This document shows, piece by piece, positions 14,874 to 23,056 of a stretch of DNA of 39,820 nt (positions within the stretch are counted from its first letter, which is position 1; each line of letters begins with the position of its first letter). Made by a program: the position numbers and the translations under genes. This DNA comes from a virus. Its lineage: Duplodnaviria; Caudoviricetes. The stretch covers positions 1 to 39,820 of the IMG/VR virus record IMGVR_UViG_3300037313_001230, one strand, 5' to 3'. The notes below the pieces were generated by a model. That model saw only the letters and a list, made by a program, of their open reading frames with translations, was not told where the DNA came from and did no database searches.

Positions 14874-16364
14874 CGCGAGGCGGTACGCGGGTCGTGACGG
14901 GGGGTCTGTGCGACGCCACTCGATGCGGCCGGCGATCTCCTGGCTCCGGCCGCTGTGAGGGGCTGGGAGGATGCAGGGCCTGCCGAGATAGCGAGCACTC
15001 AAGATCAACTCAGCGGTCTCCCGCTGGGCGATTACGGGCGCCTGGCGCCAGGACTCCCAGACGTCGGCGCCGGGCTTCACGATGGCTAGGACAGCCGAGG
15101 GTATGGTCAGCTCGCGTTCGCGAGTCTCAAGCTCGATGACCTCGGCTTCCTTGGCTTCCAAGCTGCGAGCGAGCAGCCGTACCTCGGCGAGGGTTTGCCC
15201 CTTCGCCTCGCGCATCTCATCCCTCTCGGACCGAACCCGGGCCAGCTTGGCGCGGATCTCCCGAACGGCAGCTGCGTCACTGTCCGGTGCGCTCAGCACG
15301 TCGTAGATGTCCGGCCGGGACAGGTACTCCATCAGAACTCCGGGGACGTCCGGCGTACCGATGATCAGCTCGTCGACCGCGGCTTTCTGAATCTTCCGTC
15401 CGCAAGGGCAGCGATACACCTCGGGTCGCCCCTGCGGATGGCGAGGGGAGACGTTCTGTTCACACCTGCCACACCACAGACTTGACGTAAGCGGGTGGTA
15501 CACCCCTCCGCGCGCAGTGGCACGCGACGGGTCGACCATCCGGTCGTGCACGGTCCAGAAGACGTCCTCCGTGACGAGGCCATCCCATATGCCGTTGTAG
15601 ACCGTGCCCTTGTAGCAGCGCAGGCCTGCGTACGCGTGGCACACGGCCATGCCCCGCAACTGGGCGTGGCTGTACGGGTTCCCTGTCTTGGTGCGGTAGC
15701 CGAGCTCGAAGATGCGCCGCTCAGCGGCCGCAAGCGAATGACCGTCATAGAGCATGGCGAACAGGACCTTGGCCAGGCCCGACCGCTCGGGATCTTCCAC
15801 CCAGGTGATCAGCTTCCCGGTGTCTGGGTCGTAGATCGCCTTGAGTCCGATGGGCGCCCTGCCGTGCGGGCGGCCACGGCGCGCTTCCTTCGGCGCCGTA
15901 CGGGATACGCGGCGGTGGGTCTTGTACGACTCGTACTCGGAGTCGACCGCGTCCTCCAGGAGTGACTTCCTGTCGCGTCCGTTGCTCGGGTCGTAGAGGC
16001 GCTCGTGCGTCGTGACCCAGACCTTGACGGCCTTCTCCTCCAGCAGATCGATAAGCGTCGCCCACTCTCCGACCCGACGAGATCCCCGCGACGACTCCCA
16101 CAGCATGAGGATGTCCGACCCGAAGTCGCTGTCCCTGCCGGTCGGTCCGCTCTTGAGATCGGCCATGAGCTGCTCGAAGTCGCCACGGCTCTTCGTGGCG
16201 TAGCGGCTGGCGCTCAGGCCTTCGTCGATGTATGGCTGGCCGAGCTCCCAATCTTGGTCCTCAGCTGCGTCCTTGTTGTCCTGGCCCTGGTCCTCGATTG
16301 AGGTGCCGCCCCGGTCTGACAGTCGGCGGTACTCGCGGGCGCGCAGTCTGTCTCTGCTGCTCAT
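14850..16364 (-). CDS. int: Large serine integrase
   Basis: YRRLS catalytic Ser, DEGLSAS, ESSRGSR, recombinase domain (GRPHGRAPIG), Zn ribbon CGRC...YRCPC, coiled coil; 504 aa. Confidence 0.95.
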   Translation of the reverse strand: MSSRDRLRAREYRRLSDRGGTSIEDQGQDNKDAAEDQDWELGQPYIDEGLSASRYATKSRGDFEQLMADLKSGPTGRDSDFGSDILMLWESSRGSRRVGEWATLIDLLEEKAVKVWVTTHERLYDPSNGRDRKSLLEDAVDSEYESYKTHRRVSRTAPKEARRGRPHGRAPIGLKAIYDPDTGKLITWVEDPERSGLAKVLFAMLYDGHSLAAAERRIFELGYRTKTGNPYSHAQLRGMAVCHAYAGLRCYKGTVYNGIWDGLVTEDVFWTVHDRMVDPSRATARGGVYHPLTSSLWCGRCEQNVSPRHPQGRPEVYRCPCGRKIQKAAVDELIIGTPDVPGVLMEYLSRPDIYDVLSAPDSDAAAVREIRAKLARVRSERDEMREAKGQTLAEVRLLARSLEAKEAEVIELETRERELTIPSAVLAIVKPGADVWESWRQAPVIAQRETAELILSARYLGRPCILPAPHSGRSQEIAGRIEWRRTDPPSRPAYRLASRRRRPA

Positions 16365-16382
16365 GCGATAGATCTACCAGAC

Positions 16383-16436
16383 TTGGGGTCCCTGTTCGAT
16401 GAAGTTCCTGGGAATCCCATCGAATTAGGGCCTCAA
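16383..16436. other. Predicted attP site
   Basis: Imperfect inverted repeat, 18 of 26 positions paired around central TG (16409-16410), directly upstream of integrase. Confidence 0.7.
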
Positions 16437-16522
16437 CATCCTGAGTTGATGATTCCCCAGGTCAGCGCTGCCCCGAGGGCAGCGATGACCGCGAGGAGGA
16501 GGATGAGACGGCGGTCGAACAT
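16433..16522 (-). CDS. Tiny membrane/signal peptide (29 aa; not in ORF track)
   Basis: MFDRRLILLLAVIAALGAALTWGIINSGC; GGAG RBS. Confidence 0.55.
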   Translation of the reverse strand: MFDRRLILLLAVIAALGAALTWGIINSGC

Positions 16523-16669
16523 GGGTGATCTCCACATGGCTTGGCTTGGTGGGGGCCCGCCGCCGGCGCCAGGGGTGCGCTCGGCGGCGGGACCGGCCGC
16601 CTGCACGGGGTGGACAGGACGGCCGTCTGCCCTCGACCGATCCGATCGGCGGCGGACCGGTCGAGGAGC

Positions 16670-17314
16670 TCAGAGGGAGGCGACGTCGACCGGCTCGACT
16701 CCGTGGAGGGTGATGACTTCCCGCGCTGCGAGCACCCATCGCAACCGCTCGTCGTCGGCGTACGAGACGTACTCCAGGCTGTCGCGGTCATCACCCCGGC
16801 AGGGCACCGGCCTCAGCGTCTTTGCGTCGTAGACGATGCCGGCGACACCCCAAGGCGGGGTGTAGGTCACGAGGGCGGCCGTCCATCCGCGACGCAGATG
16901 CGGGCACTCCCGTATCGCCAGTCGTGCGCAGTCCTCGTGCACGGGCGGGACGGCGGTCCGCTCTCCCTCGACGATCGGCTCGCCCTGGGTGGTGTGAACG
17001 AGGAACAGGTGACGCTCGTCAGGGCGGCCGAGGGTGGTGGCGCCGCAGATCATGCACAGCATGCGTGTCATCGCCTGGCGCTGGCGCAGGGAGTGAATGC
17101 CGGCGAAGTGCGGTCGGCCCACTCCAGGCGTCGCTGCGGCTCGCGTCCACAGGACGTCGTCCCGGCGGTCCACGTGGGGCTCCTCGTCCGCGTAGCCGAT
17201 GCCGCTGCCTCCCCTGCCGTGCCGCAGCACGATCGGCGGGGGCGGGCTGCTCTCCGAGGACCACGGCGTGATCCACGGCACCCGCAAGGATCCCCACAGC
17301 AAGTCACGCGTCAC
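16670..17314 (-). CDS. Hypothetical Zn-binding protein
   Basis: VPWITPWS, RQRQAMTRMLCMICG, PPVHEDCARLAIRECPHL; GTGA-coupled start 17314. Confidence 0.75.
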   Translation of the reverse strand: MTRDLLWGSLRVPWITPWSSESSPPPPIVLRHGRGGSGIGYADEEPHVDRRDDVLWTRAAATPGVGRPHFAGIHSLRQRQAMTRMLCMICGATTLGRPDERHLFLVHTTQGEPIVEGERTAVPPVHEDCARLAIRECPHLRRGWTAALVTYTPPWGVAGIVYDAKTLRPVPCRGDDRDSLEYVSYADDERLRWVLAAREVITLHGVEPVDVASL

Positions 17315-17403
17315 GGCTGCCCCGTCCCGATCGCCCACACCAGCGCGCCGGCGACGACCAGGAGCACGGCCAGATACGCCGCGACGAGGCGGCGGCGCTG
17401 CAT
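17311..17403 (-). CDS. Tiny membrane/signal peptide (30 aa; not in ORF track)
   Basis: MQRRRLVAAYLAVLLVVAGALVWAIGTGQP; TGATG and GTGA coupling on both sides. Confidence 0.6.
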   Translation of the reverse strand: MQRRRLVAAYLAVLLVVAGALVWAIGTGQP

Positions 17404-18005
17404 CACGCGTCCGCCTCGGACGGCGCCGTCAGCGTCTGGCGCCCGTCAGCGATCAGCCGCGCCACGGCAGCAGGGGAACACAGGGCGCCAGCCGAGGCCG
17501 CAGGCACCGACCAATAGGAGGCCCACGTCCCGGGGTCATACGCCAGCCTCGTCACGGGGGGCACGCCCAGGTAGGCGTCCCTGCCGAGGCAGTCGACGCC
17601 CAGGTCCTGCCACCCCTCGACTGTGCCGCGCCAGGTGGTGGGCATGTCGCCCGGCACAAGGGCGTAGTAGCGGTGACCTCCGTGCAGGCAACAGATGACG
17701 GGGCCGCCCCCCAGGACCGCCGCGAGGAAGGCATCGACGGTGGCGTGCTCGTCGCTCTGAGCGAGGGCGTGCACCAGGTGCGCGGGCATTCGGACAGCCG
17801 AGATCAGGCCGCCCATCGGCAACATCGCCATGCCCATCTCCGTCCACTGCACCCGGGCCCACCCGGAGGCCTGGTGCGAGTCGAGCGTCGACAGCAGCCA
17901 CTGTTCGACGGCCAGGCGCTGGGGGGCACCCGCATGCACGAGCACACTGGGCTCGGGTTCCACAAGCCGTAGTGCGGCGAGAGCCGGTGGGGTTGTACGT
18001 TCCAT
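17403..18005 (-). CDS. Hypothetical protein, degenerate prim-pol-like fold
   Basis: GAGGAG RBS before ATG 18005; GPVI...RYYALVP...LG..AYLGVP...W..P pattern with no DxD. Confidence 0.65.
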   Translation of the reverse strand: MERTTPPALAALRLVEPEPSVLVHAGAPQRLAVEQWLLSTLDSHQASGWARVQWTEMGMAMLPMGGLISAVRMPAHLVHALAQSDEHATVDAFLAAVLGGGPVICCLHGGHRYYALVPGDMPTTWRGTVEGWQDLGVDCLGRDAYLGVPPVTRLAYDPGTWASYWSVPAASAGALCSPAAVARLIADGRQTLTAPSEADA

Positions 18006-18084
18006 GGGTCGACGCTCCTCAGCAGCGTTGGCAACTCCCCGGCGCCGTCGTGAGCGTCGCCGGGGGTCACCCTTCCTTCGGCGG

Positions 18085-18300
18085 TCAGGCGGCAGTCGTT
18101 CGAGACCGGGAACGGCACCCGCATGTGACGACCTGCCACACTCGGGTGCTGCCGCGGACCAGGACATGTCCAGCCGCGCGCAGAGGCTTGGTGACGGACC
18201 CGCAGTCGAAGCACGCTTCGCCGTGCAGGCGGACGATGCTCACTCGGCTGTCGACGACTACGGGCACGGGCAGAGGTGCGTCTTGCATGCCAATCCCCAT
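18085..18300 (-). CDS. Small Zn-finger protein
   Basis: AGGAG RBS before ATG 18300; ACFDCG...TCGC. Confidence 0.6.
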   Translation of the reverse strand: MGIGMQDAPLPVPVVVDSRVSIVRLHGEACFDCGSVTKPLRAAGHVLVRGSTRVWQVVTCGCRSRSRTTAA

Positions 18301-18351
18301 CTGCTCGCTCCTGCGCGTGCAACAGATGGTGGAGGCGGGGGAACCCTGCAA

Positions 18352-18370
18352 GTACCCCAGCGAGGGGTAC
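18352..18370. promoter_or_regulatory. Candidate operator for XRE regulator
   Basis: GTACCCC-N5-GGGGTAC; related palindrome TACCCCGGGGTA at 19534-19545. Confidence 0.4.
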
Positions 18371-18378
18371 CCGGTTGC

Positions 18379-19560
18379 TCAGCTGGCGGCGCACCACTCA
18401 GCGAAGTTCGACAGGGTCTCCGAGTCGGCTCGCTTCAGCCGACGTAGCGTCGCCGCGTCCTGGCGTACCCACGGGTGCTCACGGGTGTGCTGAGGTGCGA
18501 TCCGTCGGGCCACCTTGAGGGACTCAAAGGCGTGGTCGGCCTGTCCCGACCACAGCTGGGCGCGCCCGAGCTCGATGTAGAAGCCGCTGCGGCGCTCCGC
18601 GGGCAGGTCCGTAGGAGGCTTCCACTCACGGGCAACGTCGAGGGCTCTGGCCACGTGGTCCCGGCCGAGGCTCACTGCTACGGAGACTTCGTGGATGCGC
18701 ACGGAGTCGGGGCCGAACGCAGTGCCGTAGTACACGTCCTCGGCCAGGCGGTCGGCGAGGGACGTAGCTTCGGTGAGGTGCGTCTGTGCCGCAGCGGCGT
18801 TGGCCGCGCGTCCGGCGATGACCGCGGCCCGCATGTGCAGGGCACCGCGTGCGGCGATCTGGTCCGCACAGCTCGGCGCTGGTGCTGCATCGAGGGCGAG
18901 TTCCAGAGCGCGGAGGCCGGCGGAGTGGGCGCGTGCTGCGAAGAACGTCTCTGCGCGCACGTAGGCGACGGAGGCGAGCAGGAGGGGGTCGGCGGCTTCC
19001 GGGGCGGCCCACCGCATGAGGTCGACCAGGCGCGCGGACAGGTCGTGGGCACCGAACTTATAGGCGACGGCGTCAGCTGAGCGGTACGCCTTGACCAGGA
19101 GAGCCGCCAGTTCGGGGCGCTCACCGTCGGAGGCCGAATGGTAGGCCCGCGCGAGCTCCGCAAGCAGGTCGGGCATCTTGCGGACGATGCGCGTGTACTG
19201 GGCTGCCAGGCGCCAGCGTGCAGCCTCACTGACCGCCGTCCGGAGCTCCCGCAGCGGACGGACGGGGCCGTCATCGGGGAGGTCGTAGGTGGCGATCGCG
19301 GCCGACAGTGTCGGCAGAGCGTCATGGACCGGGGTTCGGGTGGGGTTGGGGTCCTGTCGAAGTACGGCAGGGTCCACGCCCATGGCGCCAGCAAAGGCAT
19401 CGATCATGGCGTCACTGGGGTTGCGCTCACCGCGCTCGATCTTGCGGACGGCGCCCAGGGACGCGCCCGAGGCATCGGCGAGTTGCTGCTGGGTCATACG
19501 GGCGATCCGGCGCTGGTAGGCGATCCGGCGCCCTACCCCGGGGTACACAAGCGTGGGCAT
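18379..19560 (-). CDS. XRE-family HTH regulator with long helical (TPR-like) C-terminal domain (393 aa)
   Basis: GRRIAYQRRIARMTQQQLADASGASLGAVRKIERGERNPS; Ala/Leu-rich helical repeats; TAFGP and ARRIAPQ motifs; GGAG RBS. Confidence 0.88.
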   Translation of the reverse strand: MPTLVYPGVGRRIAYQRRIARMTQQQLADASGASLGAVRKIERGERNPSDAMIDAFAGAMGVDPAVLRQDPNPTRTPVHDALPTLSAAIATYDLPDDGPVRPLRELRTAVSEAARWRLAAQYTRIVRKMPDLLAELARAYHSASDGERPELAALLVKAYRSADAVAYKFGAHDLSARLVDLMRWAAPEAADPLLLASVAYVRAETFFAARAHSAGLRALELALDAAPAPSCADQIAARGALHMRAAVIAGRAANAAAAQTHLTEATSLADRLAEDVYYGTAFGPDSVRIHEVSVAVSLGRDHVARALDVAREWKPPTDLPAERRSGFYIELGRAQLWSGQADHAFESLKVARRIAPQHTREHPWVRQDAATLRRLKRADSETLSNFAEWCAAS

Positions 19561-19625
19561 ACTGGCTCCAGTTCGGTGCGTCCACTCCGAACCGTACCCG
19601 CGCCATGACGCCGCGTGTACACGAA

Positions 19626-19655
19626 CGGCCCCACCCGCCTTGGCTGGTGGGGCCG
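19626..19655 (-). terminator. Stem-loop after HAD gene
   Basis: CGGCCCCACC-N10-GGTGGGGCCG. Confidence 0.5.
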
Positions 19656-19666
19656 GGTCGTCCTGG

Positions 19667-20308
19667 TCAGCCCTCCACGATCCCGGTGAGCTGACGGAGG
19701 CTGTCGATGCGCCAGTCCGCAACCGCGGCAACGTCCGGGTCGTCGGCCCACAGATGCCCCCACGGCCCGCGGCGGATGTGCGCAGTGCGAAGCCCGGCAG
19801 CCTTGGCCGGGAAGATGTCGTTGGCCGGGTGGTCACCCACGTAGAGCGTCGCGTTCGGGGTTGTCTGCGCCACCTCCAGCACCCGCTCGAAGAAGCCGGG
19901 GTGCGGCTTCGCGACACCCCACTCGTCCGACGTCACGATCAGGTCTGCGGGGAGGTCCAGCTCGCGCAACAACGAGCCGGCGCGAGTCGTCTGGTTTCCG
20001 GCGATAACGACACGCACACCGATCTTGCGCAGCGCGGACAGCGCGGGGCGGACGTCGGCGTAGAGGTCTGATTCGTCAAGGCGCTCGCCGCGGCCGGCGG
20101 CCTCCCGCGCGCGATATTCGGCGGCCACGTCGATTCCCGGCCGCGCCAGCCGGAGGGCTTCCGCATTGTCCAGGCCGCGGGCGACGACGGCACCGACGAG
20201 TGCAGACAGGGTGTGGCGGGGGACGTCCAGCCAGTCGGCCCAGGATGCCCAGTAGCGGTCGTCCCGGGTGAGGGTCTCGCCGACGTCGAACACGATGGTC
20301 TCAATCAC
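19667..20308 (-). CDS. HAD-superfamily hydrolase
   Basis: Motif I FDVGETL, AGNQ, KP, VGDHPAND; TAAGCT -10 six nt before GTG (leaderless). Confidence 0.92.
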   Translation of the reverse strand: MIETIVFDVGETLTRDDRYWASWADWLDVPRHTLSALVGAVVARGLDNAEALRLARPGIDVAAEYRAREAAGRGERLDESDLYADVRPALSALRKIGVRVVIAGNQTTRAGSLLRELDLPADLIVTSDEWGVAKPHPGFFERVLEVAQTTPNATLYVGDHPANDIFPAKAAGLRTAHIRRGPWGHLWADDPDVAAVADWRIDSLRQLTGIVEG

Positions 20309-20345
20309 GGTGCGAGCTTATGGGGGCGTCACCTGGCGGTACGCA

Positions 20346-20392
20346 GAGATGCCCCCTGTACGGCCCGTAGTGGGCCGTACAGGGGGCATCTC
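20346..20392. terminator. Terminator at end of late/lysis operon
   Basis: Perfect 21-bp inverted repeat GAGATGCCCCCTGTACGGCCC-N5-GGGCCGTACAGGGGGCATCTC. Confidence 0.8.
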
Positions 20393-20396
20393 GTGT

Positions 20397-20651
20397 TCAG
20401 CGTCCGGTGAGCTGCAGGACGGCGACGGCCGCCGTCGTAATGGCGGCCAGGGCGCCGATGCTGGCGATCGGCCAACGTGAGCGCTCCAGAGCGTCCAACC
20501 GCTTCTCGTGGTCGTCGAGGGTCTTGTCCGTCTGGTCGCCACGCTGGACCAGGAGGGCGAGCTGGCCGTCGACGCGGGCGAACCCGGCCTCGACGGTCCC
20601 CCGCAGACGCTCCAGCTCGACGGCCACGGAGGTCGATTCCGGGGGCGTCAT
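20397..20651 (-). CDS. Lysis-cassette coiled-coil protein with C-terminal TM
   Basis: ELERLRGTVEAGFARVDGQL...RLDALERSRWP plus hydrophobic tail; coupled to holin. Confidence 0.75.
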   Translation of the reverse strand: MTPPESTSVAVELERLRGTVEAGFARVDGQLALLVQRGDQTDKTLDDHEKRLDALERSRWPIASIGALAAITTAAVAVLQLTGR

Positions 20652-21016
20652 CCCGACCGCTCCTCACCGCCGACCGCTCGGCGCAGCGCTGCCAGGGCGG
20701 CCCTGGTCTCCTGGTCCAGGTGCTGCTTGTCGACGGTGAACCGCAGCGGCACCGCGAGCTCCTTTTCGTACGCCGGCGGACGCGCCCACCCGAGCAGCAG
20801 TCCGGCAGCGAGTTGCAGGGGCCGCCATGCCAGGTGTTCGGCGAGGGCCTCGAGGCCGCGGAACGCGGCGTAGTAGGCGGCGCCCAGGCCGAGGGAGACG
20901 GCGCCGGCCGCCGCGGTGCTGTCGACGGGGATCCCGAGCCAGCCGGTGCCGGTGAGGACCAGGGCGACCCCGTACGGCACGAGGGTGCGCATGTAGCTGG
21001 TGAACAGGTTCTTCAT
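20648..21016 (-). CDS. Putative holin
   Basis: RTLVP...two TM helices...YYAAFR.LE...LLG pattern; follows endolysin. Confidence 0.75.
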   Translation of the reverse strand: MKNLFTSYMRTLVPYGVALVLTGTGWLGIPVDSTAAAGAVSLGLGAAYYAAFRGLEALAEHLAWRPLQLAAGLLLGWARPPAYEKELAVPLRFTVDKQHLDQETRAALAALRRAVGGEERSG

Positions 21017-21021
21017 GGTCG

Positions 21022-21936
21022 TCAGTCCTCCACCTTGAATCCGTGCTTGATCCCGAGGCGCCGGAGGCTGTCGCGTCCGGGGATGCCGTCGGCGGCCGAG
21101 CCGGTGTAGCCGCAGCGGCGCTGCCAGGCCGCGTACGACGGCGTCGTCTTGGTGCCCCAGTGCCCGTCGCTGTACGACCGCGCCATGAGCCCCTCGTCGA
21201 CCAGCGCCGCCTCCACGATCGCGACCCCCTTGTACGACACCGGAGTCCCGGCCTTGGCCGGATCGTGCAGCGCGGCCGCGCGCAACCGCGACAGGCTCAC
21301 GACTGGAGTCGACGGCGCCGGCGTCGACTTCGGCGGCGCAGCGTCCAGCCGCTTGGCGATCCGGGCGCGCATCGCCGCCCAGTCCATTCCGGGACCGCGC
21401 GGGTCGACCTTGCCGGGCTGCCAGTCCAGGTGCCGGATCACCGACTCGGCCCCCCACCCGTGCGCCCGGCACAGGGCCGCGGCCGCGCGCTCGATCGCGT
21501 CGAGCTGGGCGGCGGGCCACGGGTCGACGCCGTCGCCGAGGTTCTCGCACTCGAACCCGTAGAAATGCCGGTTCCCGTCGACCGTGGCCTCGTCGTCGAC
21601 CGGCACCGGCTTCTCGGCGATCACCGCGGCGAGCACGTCGGGGTCCCCCAGACCGGCGTGGTTGGCGCGGCCGTAGCCGACGAGGTGCACGGTGCCGTCC
21701 TTGGTGATGACGCCGTGGCACAGCGGCCCGGGCAGGGCGCTGTGCCCGGCCCGGCAGATCTCGACGGTAGCCGCGCTGCCCCGGGTGACGGTGTGATGGA
21801 TCATCACCCCGTGCACGGGCCCCCACGGGCCCTTGTGGTTGCGGTTGTGGTGGGTCCAGTCGCCGACCTCGACGACGACCAGGCCCTCATGCTTGAGCGC
21901 GGCCAGGAGCGCCGCGGCGGTGAGCGGAGTGGCCAT
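21022..21936 (-). CDS. Endolysin, N-acetylmuramoyl-L-alanine amidase (Amidase_2) with C-terminal peptidoglycan-binding domain
   Basis: VMIHHT, ANHAG, FYGFECEN, VIRH...KVDP; DGHWGTKT...AAWQ...ADGIPG; ATG 21936. Confidence 0.93.
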   Translation of the reverse strand: MATPLTAAALLAALKHEGLVVVEVGDWTHHNRNHKGPWGPVHGVMIHHTVTRGSAATVEICRAGHSALPGPLCHGVITKDGTVHLVGYGRANHAGLGDPDVLAAVIAEKPVPVDDEATVDGNRHFYGFECENLGDGVDPWPAAQLDAIERAAAALCRAHGWGAESVIRHLDWQPGKVDPRGPGMDWAAMRARIAKRLDAAPPKSTPAPSTPVVSLSRLRAAALHDPAKAGTPVSYKGVAIVEAALVDEGLMARSYSDGHWGTKTTPSYAAWQRRCGYTGSAADGIPGRDSLRRLGIKHGFKVED

Positions 21937-22202
21937 CACACACGCTCCGGCCAGTGCCAGGTGCCGCCCGCGTGGCGGATGTCGGCAGGGTCCTCGGGCT
22001 CGAAGTGGCCGACGGCCTCGTTGAAGAACATCCCGGAGGGGTTGAGGACCGCCAGGCTGACGATCTCCGGGTCCTTGCTGATGGCGGTGACGATCGCTGC
22101 TCGGCACTGCGGCGTGTATGCCTGCGTGCCGTCCTCACGCACGGGCGAGCCGTGGCTGACGTAGTGGACGATCCGCCCGACGGACGGCGGTTGCTGTGCC
22201 AT
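21936..22202 (-). CDS. Conserved small phage protein
   Basis: PSVGRIVHY...AAIVT...L.V.NP...GTWHWPER; GAGGAGG RBS; TGATG-coupled to lysin. Confidence 0.8.
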   Translation of the reverse strand: MAQQPPSVGRIVHYVSHGSPVREDGTQAYTPQCRAAIVTAISKDPEIVSLAVLNPSGMFFNEAVGHFEPEDPADIRHAGGTWHWPERV

Positions 22203-22222
22203 GAGCCCTCCTCAGGGCGTAG

Positions 22223-22249
22223 AAAAACCCCGTGCCGGACGGCGCGGGG
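22223..22249 (-). terminator. Rho-independent terminator between tail and lysis genes
   Basis: - strand CCCCGCGCCG-TC-CGGCACGGGG-TTTTT. Confidence 0.65.
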
Positions 22250-22270
22250 CGTAAAGGGATTGGCGTCGGG

Positions 22271-22525
22271 TCAGGCAATCTCGACGTACCGCTCGTGGTA
22301 GTCGGCGTCCGGGAGGATGCCCGCAAACGACTCCTGGCCCTCGGCCACGCGTTTGAGCAGCCAGCGACCGACGGGCATCTCCAGCGGCCCGTAGTCGGGC
22401 ACGTCAATGGTCAGGACGCTCCCGGTGTCGGAGACGAAGGTCGCGATGTTCAGGTGTGCGGCCACTTGGGCGCCGTTGGTGCCGTCGTACTGGATGCTGT
22501 ACAGGGCTGGTGAGACCAATGCCAT
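22271..22525 (-). CDS. Small tail-associated protein (84 aa)
   Basis: AAGGAG RBS before ATG 22525; SIQYDGTNG. Confidence 0.7.
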   Translation of the reverse strand: MALVSPALYSIQYDGTNGAQVAAHLNIATFVSDTGSVLTIDVPDYGPLEMPVGRWLLKRVAEGQESFAGILPDADYHERYVEIA

Positions 22526-22536
22526 GCGCTCTCTCC

Positions 22537-23043
22537 TTATGCGATGCGTGTGAGCATGAACCAGCTGTCGGCCTCGATCACCGTGGCGGTCGCGTCCGAG
22601 ACGTTCTGGGCCCAGTCGAAGGAGAACGTTCCGCTGCTGGCGGTGATGAGGCGTCCACGGACGACGATGACCTGTCCGGCGGTGGTCGAGATGCAGCCGA
22701 TCGCCTTGTCGGCGTTGAATGCGACGCGGATCGAGTCGCTGGCGTCGGTCGACAGGGTCGCACCTGTTCCCATCACGCGGCCGCCCCAGGATCCGCTCGC
22801 GCCGGACGGGGTGGTGAACCTGCACTTGAGGTCACCGGTCTGGCCACCCGTGTACCGGAGGTAGGCGTCGAGCGTGTACTGAGCGTTCGCGGCCACCGCC
22901 ACCTGCAGCTCTGGGTCGGCTGTCACCGTGCTTGTGGACGCGCGGCTCGTCGAGGAGGCCTTGGCTGCGGAGATCGGCAGCATCGACATCAACAGTCCCG
23001 CGGTGACCGTCTTTCCTGCGGGGATGGTGGGGTACTGGGCCAT
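22537..23043 (-). CDS. Minor tail / receptor-binding protein
   Basis: Beta-rich Thr/Ser/Ala protein after tail-tip gene. Confidence 0.75.
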   Translation of the reverse strand: MAQYPTIPAGKTVTAGLLMSMLPISAAKASSTSRASTSTVTADPELQVAVAANAQYTLDAYLRYTGGQTGDLKCRFTTPSGASGSWGGRVMGTGATLSTDASDSIRVAFNADKAIGCISTTAGQVIVVRGRLITASSGTFSFDWAQNVSDATATVIEADSWFMLTRIA

Positions 23044-23056
23044 GCTGGTCCTTCCC

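Noticed and set aside
19617-19626. GTACACGAAC shared between XRE upstream region and MTase upstream region
   Set aside because: A single 10-bp match in opposite orientation relative to the genes, and only a half LexA site; could be chance.
19561-19917. N-terminal extension making the XRE regulator 512 aa
   Set aside because: Overlaps the HAD gene and a stem-loop; the HTH begins just after ATG 19560, which has an RBS.
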